A DNA stretch of 64,000 bases, taken from the NCBI GenBank assembly GCA_000182565.2, contig KQ257454.1, one strand, 5' to 3'. Of the stretch, positions 53,820 to 64,000 are shown in pieces. Numbering within the stretch: position 1 is the stretch's first letter; each line of letters opens with the position of its first letter. Source of the DNA: Spizellomyces punctatus DAOM BR117. Lineage: Eukaryota. The position numbers were made by a program, and so were the translations under genes. The notes beneath the pieces were generated by a model that saw only the letters and a program-made list of their open reading frames with translations, made no database searches and had not been told where the DNA came from.

Positions 53820-55962
53820 ATGGTGGATTCAAAGCGGGATCCAAGCGTAGGCTGGTCTACTTGTCTACGACGATTAGACACAGTTATGGACGAAGCGCTT
53901 CTCGCGATTATAAATGCAGGCCAAGCACAGGAAAAGCCGCTAAGTCGCCGGACCAGCGAATCTCAGCGGAGGAGTCGGTATGCCCTGGATTCATTGGAGC
54001 AACTTTCTGCCTGTCGTACTCACGTTTCCATAGGCGGGGCGGCCGGAGGGATAGCGATAGCGAAGAGGGCCAGTCCGGCTCTGAAGACGATGATCTGTTG
54101 TCGGAGGATGAAGAGTGGGCAGAAGTGAAGACTTGGGACCCCGAGACGTTGATGGGGGACGATGCGGACAGACAAAGGTTGGGATATGGAGACAGTCGCC
54201 TTTACTGGAATTCTCAATAGTGACGAAACCCAATATCTGTCAACCATGTGCAGACTCACGCAAATGTCTGAGCTCGACCGTGAGGCGATTCTGGCTGAAC
54301 GAAAGAGCAAAGTATGTGGTCGCTTGGTTCACATTAGAGGTCAATCGTTCATTTGGCGTTCCAATATCCGTCCAGTTCGAAAGAATGAGGGAGCGGTTAG
54401 AAGTCAAACGAATGTTGAAGCGGCGAATGAGTGGGCAAACGAAAAGTAAGCGACAACAAGATGATGATGGGCCCCGTAAGTTCGCGCACGATTACGGTCT
54501 AGTAGGTCTTCCATAGACGCTAAAAGTGAATTGTGCCTAGGCCCGTCTAAAAGACAAACAACAGAGAAGGCCAAATGGGGCGATTCCATGGCAAGTTTGC
54601 GAAGAGAACGGGAAAAAAAGAGAGCTGGCGTGAAGGTATGAGGCTGCTGCACAGGGCTGTCGTCTCCTCACCCTGACCTCTATTCGGAATGTACAGGACG
54701 AAGGGGAGGGGCGCAAGGAGCGGAGACGGGAACGTTCTCTAAGCTTTAGTGGAAGCGACGCAGAAGAGGGTGAAGTGAAGGGTTCACTTGACGAGGACGA
54801 GCGAGCGACACAGGTATGTGATACACCATGGAGAGCCTTTCCAATGTCCCAATGTCCAGGTATCTGAATGTAGAAACTCTAGGAGGTGGACAAGCGAGTC
54901 CGCACTCTTCCCACCTTTAATGAGGTCGTCTCAATACAAGTGACGCGGTCGGAATTGGTGGACTGGGCATTTGCGCCTTTTTTTGAGAAAACTGTTCAAG
55001 GTGTGTGTCGTGCGTGGTCAATTATCCCGGTTCGCAGCTAATGGTTCGCCGACTACAGGTTGCTTCGTTCGGTATGGATTGGGCCAAGACCCGAAAGATT
55101 CTACTCGAAATGTCTATCGAGTCTGTCTGATTGATGGTACGCGCATGAGTTCCAACAACTCGGCCGTTTCTCTATTAACAGTCAACCACTTTGTATAGAA
55201 ATCCGTCAAGCATCTAAGACATATCCTGTTGATGGAAAGCCAGTACAGAAAGTTGCGCTCATGAGCCATGCCAAGGCGCGCAGAGAGAACTCATTTCATA
55301 AAGTCTCAAACGGTCGGATTACAGAGGTAATATTGTAATACCCGTGATATCTTTTCTTGCTGACCTGGTTTCATCCTGCGTAACGATGTATAGGCTGAGT
55401 ATCAACGTTGGGCGGACACAATGAAATACGAGAACGCCGCAGACATTCCTATTGGACACATCCAACGCAAACGAGACGATTTACAACGTGCCCGGGAATA
55501 TGTTTTGAGCAGTGTAAGATCACAAAATGCCGTGCGAGGTCACAGCCCTATCATGGGATTCACGTTACTTTACAGGAGGAAGTGGCCCGAATAGTGGAGC
55601 AAAAGAAGGCTCTTAACAAGATGCCGGTTAATATTGCTTCTGAGATCACGGAATTGAGGAGGCGGGTAGAGTATGCAAAGTCGACTGCGAATTCGGATGA
55701 GGAAGCAAAGCTGCAAAAGCGTCTTGAACATTTGCTGTCAATGCTGACATCGAAAGCAAATAAGCCGGAAACGCCCAGTCGCGTCCGAAACGGCGTGGAT
55801 GAAAAGCCTTCCAGGTCAACACCGGAAGTTAAGATTCCTTTGGTTCGCGTTAACAGTTCGGCTCGCTTGAAAGAATGTAGCGTATCGATGATCACAAATG
55901 AGTGGGATGCACAGTTTGCGTTCGATCCAATTTTGGATGAAATAGATATTGATGAATTTTGA
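53820..55962 (+). CDS. RTF1: PAF1-complex-associated protein Rtf1 (Plus3 domain); start approximate
   Basis: GDDADRQR|LTQMSELDREAILAER, IQVTRSELVDWAFAPFFEKTVQ|GCFVRYGLG..VYRVCLI, VSNGRITE, C-terminal IDIDEF. Confidence 0.88.
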
Positions 55963-56244
55963 CCGACGTGGTTTATGATCTGGAGCAGGCTAATTGCCAG
56001 TGCATAGATAAATCAAAAACTGAGCTATTACAGATTCAGATATTCAAAATAAACATGATGTACACAAAAATGGATTAAACTTGGTAAGTTCCGTGCACCG
56101 ACAATCTTAGGGTCCGCTCCCACTTCTCAAATTACAATATCCTATCGATCTCATCATCGTGAGGGGCGGTGCCAGTTTCTAGCATGGGCTCGCTGTCAAA
56201 ATGCTGTACGGGTTCTTGAGGGGGGATATCAAGGTCATACATGG

Positions 56245-59200
56245 TTATGGGTCTGGAATATCCGATTGCGGGTCCTCCTTTGAAGATTCATTGTTGCTGT
56301 CTTGCTGATCTGGGCTATTTCCTTCATGTAACTTGAGCAAGGCATTCACATTCTTTTCATCACCTCGACCAGTATCTGCGTCGCTGTTTCCATCTCTCCA
56401 GTAGGGATCACTCTCAACGTCATCACGACTATTCAACTTGTATTCGTCTAAGAAGTGGTCGGAACTGTCCAGCACCCCCGACTGGTGATCACCCTCAGGA
56501 TGTCGCACCATTAATTCTTCCACATCGTTGCTAACAGGAGCATCAACTTGTAAAACGAATTCCACCCTATTTTGATCATCACCCGACGCGACCTCATCCG
56601 AAAGACCAGACTGTGGCGGTTCCTGATCATGAGGTGATCCTTCGTTGTTGGAAGCATCCATTTCCTCTGCAGCAGCTATGGCCCTTGCAATTGCCGCATC
56701 ATCCGGGGTTGTAGCCACATCAGTTTCTTGCAACGGCTCAATTGCCTCAGAGAATGATGCGGATTCTACTTGCGGTCGCCTCACTGACTTCATTGCTCTT
56801 CTCAAGGTCACACGCGCCTTCAGTAATGAACCCGCCTTCATCAAGCGCGTCGTTGCATCCAAACCCCCAGAAGAGGTCGACAGAAGCAGCTGTCCTTCAG
56901 CGTCAGTCTCCTCCATCATCGCTGACGGATCGTCGCTTTCGTACCGATCGTCGATACTGCCGAACGACCTGCCCCGACGGACAGTCAGTCGCGAGGAAAA
57001 GGGGTCCTGTCCCTCAACCGGTTTGAGACGAGACATGCCGTCTTCTGCGGGACCTACAATAGCAAGGAATGTACCCCGAGGTCCGTACTCTTGTGCAAAC
57101 ACCTGTGAAGCTGATGCTGTGGGACTTTGTACCTCCTCCTCAATTTCGATCGACCGTAGTAGCGTTTCACGCAAGTCGCTATATGAAGGATCCCGTGATC
57201 TGACTGGGGACGATGATGCGGAGTCATCTCTAGATATGCTCTCCAAAACTGGAGCGGGGTTAGAAGCCGATCGCGCCCTATTAGCTTTCAAGAGCGCCAC
57301 GTGCTGCGTATAGGCCTCCTTCTGTTTTGCTTTACGATCTGCTGCCTCATTTTCCCGGCGCGCTCGCGCAAGTGCATTTGAAAATGATGCAAACAATCCA
57401 AAAAATTCCTCCGGGGCGTCTCCTCTTTCATTCGGGTCATCGCCAAAGAATGAAATAAGCTCATTGACATTCTTTTCCGCCACGGCGGCTTGGTACTCCA
57501 GCCCAGCGACACGCACTTCCGCGCGGGCACTGAAGGCCTGCATCACTGGCACAAATCGATCGTTCTCGCTGGCAGGACCGAGCTTAGCAAGCTCTGCAAG
57601 CTCTGCCTTGACACCTTCGACTCCCTTACGAAGCGCCTTGATGGATGCCAAAAGTGCAGGGATGCACACTCGCGCCGCCAATTCGACTCTGGGCATTTCC
57701 CTCATGAAATCAAGGAGTTCTGGTTCCTTTTCGTCCAGCTTCTTAGCAAGATAATGCAAAAGCGTGGAAACCGTCCTGTGGTTGTTTTTGCTCGCCCGTG
57801 TATCTTTGAGCTAAGAAAAAGGGGGAGGGTTACCAGACTGTAAAAGATAGCCACAATTGACGAACGATGTAATTACATTCAGGAGTGCTTCCAGCTTAAA
57901 CCCATGCGCATCACCACGGAAGGACGTCCCATTCAAATAGTTGCCCACAACCAGCACCGTTTCGAGTAGCTTTCGCAAACGTTTGGAGTTCTTAAGTTGC
58001 TCGCATGCAAGTAGGACAGTTTCCATGTCCTTCGATCAAAAAAATAACTCGGTGTCACACAAGAGAACTCGCTGGACAGTTTCCTGCTTAAGCCAAAGCT
58101 TACCGGAACGACTTCTTCAACCTCCTCTGCGAACCGCTTGCGGAAGCGCATGCTTTCCAGTCTGTACGCTAATCTAGGTATATCCATGACTTCACGAATA
58201 TACTTCTCTGCGTTGCCGAGATCTTCTATATCTCCTTCATAGCCACGAACAATATCGCACTAGATGAGGAAACTGTGTAAGGAATATCGTTGGACGTCTC
58301 CGCCAGAAAGAAACTACCTCTTCATCGGTGGGCGCCCACATTCGAAGTGCATGTAACCGCTCAACAGACAAAATACTATCGTCTATTTCGATAATAGCAT
58401 TCCTGATTTCCGGATATTGGAGACGTAAACCTCCCAGCATGATAGCTGTTCAGTCATATGATCGTGAGAAGCCAAGTTTGCAAGCAATAGTTGAATTGGC
58501 ATAACACCTACCAATGTTCTGCGCTCTTCGGCTATCTATCAGGGTGATGACTTTCTTTACAGCCGCTTCCTTTTTCGGCTGTGGTTTGGGACGTGGTGGG
58601 GCTTCTGTATATGCCAATTCATATCTTGTTCTATTAGCGTAGAGACTATTGCAAACACACCTTCTTTGGCAAATAGTTCCACGAGCTCCTTCTCGTCAAA
58701 GAAAACCTCCTTAATAACCGGCCCTCGGTACGCTTCTTCTACAAGGGTCTCCCAGATTGTGGACTTCGCAAGACGACTTGGAATCTTCACCCATTGCAGA
58801 GGCTGGATGCGCGTAATTCATTAGCATGACAACTAGAAAATGTAACATGTAACAACTCACCTTCATGGGCTGTTTCGCTTTGACAATCTTCAATCCGACA
58901 GGGGGTAGCGGCATTCCTCCCGGTGGTGGAGGTGGTGGAGGTGGTCCTCCTCCAGCAGCAGGAGGTGGAGGCGGCGGCGGTGGTGGTCCGCCAGTGGCAG
59001 GTGGTGGAGGTGGAGGCGGCGGAGGCGGCGGCGGAGGAGCGGAAGGTGGTGGTTCAACCTTGTCTTCTTTGCGTGCATCAGCCATTGCCTTTGCTTGTAT
59101 CTCGTTTATTAATACTTCAACACGAGCTTGCTGTTCAGGTTTGAGCGCGGCCAGCTTGCCGGAAAGACTGTCGGGTTTAATAGTCCGTAGCTCGCTCACA

Positions 59201-62200
59201 ATATCTTCCAAGCGTCGGATTTCCTCCCACAATCGGCCAACCCCTGCGCCTGCGCCCAATCGTACGGACGCCGGACGGTCTTCACCGTCGGTTTCTATAA
59301 ACCCTGTGCCACTATCGGAAGTTGTGAGGACAGGTGGTACCGGGAGCGGACGAGGACGGCGTTGTCTTCCTGTCGTATCATGAGGAGGTATTCCGTCCCG
59401 AGGAGGAAGGGGCGGACAGTTCTCCTGTGGCCGTCGGCTCAATGTCGCTCTGAGGTGGTCCAACTCTTTCCGCTGTGCTTCGAAGGCTGTGAGACTTTCC
59501 GCATACTATCCATTGAAATGGTCGATCAGCGGCCATACCGAGCAAGGCATACGTCCCCTCAACGCAGTGCATACCTTCTGTTTCATTGTCTCCAGCTCTC
59601 TAACTACCGTCAATAAGTTACTGCCACCCGGTGGGGTTGAAGTATGTCCGGTAGACTGAAAGCCGACCACGACTCCGGCAACCTCCTCCACCCCACGGAT
59701 CAAGTCTGCAGCTAAAGTTTGATACTTGACGGTTCGATTTGACTTTTCAGGTGCTGAGGAATGCTCTATCCATGCCGACATTCTATTTGAAATTCCTCCC
59801 GTGGCACGCTCCATGAGCGCAAGTGCCTCAGCTGCCTCTTCCCTGACCTCAAGATCGGCATCCACATCCATTTTTATCTGGTGTGCGCCGGCCTCTGAGC
59901 AACGGTTAATTATGCTAGCGCGTTTTCGCAATGCTTCCACCATGGTTGAAACATTTTTAATCGTGGTCAGCACCAGATTTTGCGCCCGCTCAGGGTCAGG
60001 TAAAGCCTTCGCAGTTTCCAAAAGCTTGTCTAGTGTTTCTCGAGGGTCACTATTGGATCGTGTGATGGCAAGTGTGAGATGCAGTTCAACCTTCGAGGTC
60101 GTCCGATATATCTGACCTTAACGCCGCGTTCTTCTCACGGAAAGCGGCCTCCATCATTTCCAAATCCGCTGCTCGATCTTCTTCATATGCATCCAATTGC
60201 ACTGCCAGGGGTTCTGGGGGCTCCATGTCCCGCAAAGTCTGGAAAGCCATGTTCACTGTCATTCATTCAGGCGCTGATCCAAAAATGTCAACCTACCTGC
60301 ATAACTCTTCGCAGACCCCGATCCTCGACCTCGCGCCGTATCTTCCACCTCTCACGTGAGTCTTCAGGAGCAGATACAAGTCCATTCACGAAAATCATTA
60401 TGGCCGTCCGGTACTCCCATGTAGCTTGAACCTCATCCGAGTCTCGCCAATCGGCTGGGGTGGTGCAGGTTGCTTGCAACGGGCTTACAAACGGATCAAG
60501 AAGGGAGTTAATCATGCAATTGAACCTGCCAGGTTCACCCTGAGCAACCGCAAGATCTGACATTGACTGCAGGGCCAGTCTATGAATGAGTGAGGTGTAA
60601 GAATGAGAAATCTTAGTCATGCGCCAGTAGAGCTGGGCTTACGTTCTGCCTTTCTCAGAAAGCAGGCACATGGGGCCCAAAACCCCAGCCACTGCAGTCC
60701 GTAATGCTATATTCGCGCGTCGGGTCCTCGCATCCCCACCAATGGTTGCTGCTGAAAGATCAGGTGCAGCCAAGCAGTACGCCAGCTGCTTCATTAAGGA
60801 AGGGGAATTCAACACCGCGGCATATCCTACTTCGGCATTCATGATTAGTTTGATGCAGCGAACAGTCTCAAGGCCAAGCTCGTCTTCTAAAACAGCATCG
60901 GCGTATGATGAATGTCCTCCGGCAGGAATTGGGGGTAGGGGTTTGTCGGCGGTATAGTTCCGGTAGGACCGATGTCCCCCCGATGTGATACTCCGCAAAT
61001 GCTTTGCTTCATAAACGCGGTCCAATACAATTTCTAGAGCACGTATTCCACGCACACCATGAAGACCTAAGTAGGGGACCTCAGCCTGCAGGAAGTCACG
61101 TATGAAATTGGCATTTGACAGGGAGAGTGTAATGCGGAATGCCGTGAGATGCCGATATAGGGCCTTAAGAGGAGTGTTTCTAACGTGTCGTAGGAGTGAC
61201 AGTGATGCAATGAGAGAAGTTTCTCAGACGCCTGCAAACCACATCCGATTTTACCTATTTGCTAACAGAGCAACAAAGCGTTGGGGAGTTTGCTCCCCAA
61301 GAGTGTTCAAGTCGGCAGGAGATGAAGTTTGAAGTGAGTCGGTTCGCTCAGGAAGAGACGGCATATTACCGTTCGCAGAATGGCGGTCTGGCAATGGTGG
61401 GGCGACTAATGTGGAAGTTGTAGACAACGTTCTTCCCGGCTGGCTGCCCTCCTTTTGACGTAGATGATGATACAGCTGTATGATCTCTCTTTGTCGCGTA
61501 CGGTCCATTTTCAACATATTATCTCGGGCAGATCCTCTGATATCTAGTTCATCCTGCATGGTGAAACATGCAGATACTGTGAATTTCACGTAGTGTTTTG
61601 CAAAATATCATCTTTGGTTTAGGTGACCCTTACCAACACTCTACGGAACACTTTTTCAAGGTCTTCCGTATCGAGGTTAACGGACTCAACCTCAGGGGCT
61701 TGAGCCTGGCTCTGTGTTCTCTCCTGACGTGGTGCGGCAGAGTTTCTGCGGGCAGATTGTTTTTCCAATTCCCTGGCCCGGCGATACTGTTCGATAAGAT
61801 CGCGCTTTCGCTTAGCGTCCAGAGTTCGGATCATGGTTTCTCGTGCAGAACCATGTATCTTTAATCTGTCCTACTCTCCAAAAATATCGGAGTTTGGTAT
61901 AATGGGTTGTCATAAACCGCTAATGGATGACTTACTAATACCGCCACAAAGAGCCTTTCAAGCTTCTCATCAGTTTCCCCATTGAGTGACGTAACAGATG
62001 ACTTGTGCGCCAAAGGCATAGACTCCATTGATGACGCATTGGAATGGTGAGAGCCTATCGAGCCGACAGAAGTCCTTCTCATCCCAGGCGAACCCGGTGG
62101 AGGGGAGTGATTCCCTTGTACGTTTGCCCTCTCTGCGTCTGGTCTTCTTTGCTGCTGCCAGTCTAGAATGAGACGCCTTTTCCGACTACTGTCAAAGCTC

Positions 62201-62427
62201 ATCATGTGAGTCCGTGCAGGACCATGAATTCCGCGATCATTCTGTATGGTTGGAGAGTAAGTTATGTCAGATGCACTTACTTTGACAGACTATATGCTCG
62301 TGTTACGTACCAGCATGGCCTCAAATGCACGCAATAGGTCCTGACTCTCCCGCTCACGGTCCTTTCCGCTGGCTCCGAAAATTCTGGACCCAATCTCCGC
62401 CAGCTTATCTTTTGTTCGCTCCGACAT
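56245..62427 (-). CDS. Diaphanous-related formin (triplicated G region, GBD/FH3, FH1, FH2, long acidic tail)
   Basis: FH1 poly-Pro at ~58910-59050; FH2 motifs K|PLQWVKI, IDSRRAQNI, PTDEE, VGNYLNG...GFKLEAL, LLHYL, EEFFGLFASF; GBD/FH3 CIKLIMNAEVG, IFVNGLV. Confidence 0.93.
58915..59052 (-). repeat. CCN repeat encoding the FH1 polyproline tracts
   Basis: ggtggtggaggtggtggagg... / ggcggcggagg runs. Confidence 0.85.
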
Positions 62428-62650
62428 GCTCGTATGGGAGGTTCGGCGGGTCTCTTTGAAGTCATTTGGCCGATACATTAAGTACAGAAGCCCTTCTGGG
62501 CAGTCGTCCCGCTGAGCAGGAAAGTTTACGCTGCTGAAATGAAGACGTAAAATGAGGAGACATGAATGCAAGTGGACATGCGGGGATTCATGATATCTTT
62601 CAGTGGCGCAGTTTTCAAGTGGCAGTACAACGATGTCATTATAAACAAAA

Positions 62651-64000
62651 TCAACGAGTGGCCTCCAAGAGATCGCGGGTCCATTTCGCACCTTCTTCAA
62701 AATGAGTACCCAAGCCGACAAATCCCTCCATACATGTCCCCAAGCTCCCCAGCACATCGTCGGCTTCCGTCAGTAGGCCAAGTCGATGCAGATTAATGTA
62801 ACCTGTTGCAGCTTGCCAAATGCAGATCCCAAACGTCCAGGGCTCCAGATTTTTAATGGTCGGATTGGTGGGTAAAATAACTTCAGCCAAAATGCGTACT
62901 ATCTCCCGCGCTTCCTCCCGACATCCTACAACAGCAGCGCTTGCCTTCGCATATTCTAAACTCGTTGATGAGTGTACTGTGTCGATCATCGCCGGCCAGC
63001 GAAGGAGCAAACGAGAGGTGTGATATAACAGATGCACAGAGACCCAGAACCAGCTTTGCAAGGGCTTATCGGCGGTAAGATCAGGTATGAAGTACTTGCC
63101 AAGATGAGTTGCCCACGATGGCAGACCAGCAAACCAAGCGCGAAGCTCCTGATCTAAGCCCTGAAGCTGTGACTGGCGATCCGCATAACTTCCGACTTCC
63201 ATTGAATTCGGGTTTGGTAAATATAGCCAAGTTGGGAGTCGAATATTGTCCTGATGGCCACTCGGTATAGGGTCTGGAAGAATACGATCAAAAATGTCAT
63301 GCAGCTTGAGAAACGCAATATACGGATCAGTCATAATGTCGCGTATCGCATCCGGTTGTGGAGATTCCCCGGATTTGAGTACAGTTTGCCAGAGAAGCTC
63401 GGCAGAAGGTAACTGTACTCGAACAATCTCTAATGAAATCCGCCGCGGACGAAATCCCAGATTCGCCATCTGCCTTAATTCCCTGGTGAGCAACACTGAC
63501 TTAATCACATGTCACCGGGTATTGCTACATACCGGTCTCCATGAAAGCAGGCCCAGAATGTCCTTCGCCTCGTCTCCGTTACGACCCACGTTTGTGACGG
63601 GTCGATCTCCGGTTCCAGATGAAGGTCTAATGACAGCGCGATGCTAATTGCACTGTCCAAGTGCTGCACTCCAGTAAGAGCTGTAGTAGAGGAGTCAGGG
63701 GCCATGATCAACAATTTCCAGCGACAGGGAGTCACTACTCACTACGGCCCGAGGACAGAGCGTGCGCCTAATTGGGCAATTTTCAACCATCGCGCAAACT
63801 TTTAAGTGCAATTGAATGGCCTTATAGCATACCGATAGTAGTAACAAGGCATGGATTACTTCAATGTCAGCAGCAGCTTGGCTTTGATGCAACAATTGCT
63901 CAGCACGTTCATAGAATAAGTCGCCAGCCCTGTACTGAGGCCGTCCCGGGAAGAGGTTTGAATACTTTGCTCCAAGGGTATACACTGCATTCATTAGCAA
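62651..64000 (-). CDS. Fungal-specific transcription factor (middle homology region typical of Zn(II)2Cys6 TFs); 5' end outside window
   Basis: LMNAVYTLGAKYS, DLFYERAEQLL, IHALLLLS, AISIALSLDLH, ETRRRTFWACFHGDR, LLYHTSRLLL. Confidence 0.85.

Noticed and set aside
58865-59383. Gly-rich plus-strand ORF
   Set aside because: Antisense shadow of the formin FH1 polyproline region.

Overview
Gene-dense, intron-rich eukaryotic nuclear DNA (mostly 50-90 nt GT-AG introns). It is fungal by gene content (fungal-specific TF domain, OCA6-like phosphatase, bS21m) and most consistent with an early-diverging, probably chytrid, lineage (inference). About 30 genes are present, mostly housekeeping: POLD2, HSF-type TF, COG4, START protein, TAF10, kelch protein, TBCC, ARL2, SUS1, SSRP1, Sel1-repeat protein, SNU114, USP, ADA3, APC10, RPS23, mtSSB, bS21m, SEC8, mt-AsnRS, RRP7, C9orf78/TLS1, RTF1, a formin and a partial fungal TF. 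The stand-outs are: (1) a bacterial-type treZ (malto-oligosyltrehalose trehalohydrolase) with intact catalytic residues and two spliceosomal introns, a likely domesticated horizontal transfer; (2) a formin whose N-terminal Rho-binding G-subdomain is triplicated, each copy split by an intron at the same position; (3) a cryptic SLF2/Nse6 orthologue; (4) a spliced ~100-aa microprotein gene absent from the ORF track; (5) a TA-flanked Tc1 relic between the functionally linked neighbours TBCC and ARL2. All exon models and product calls were made by eye, with no database searches, and some start codons are approximate.
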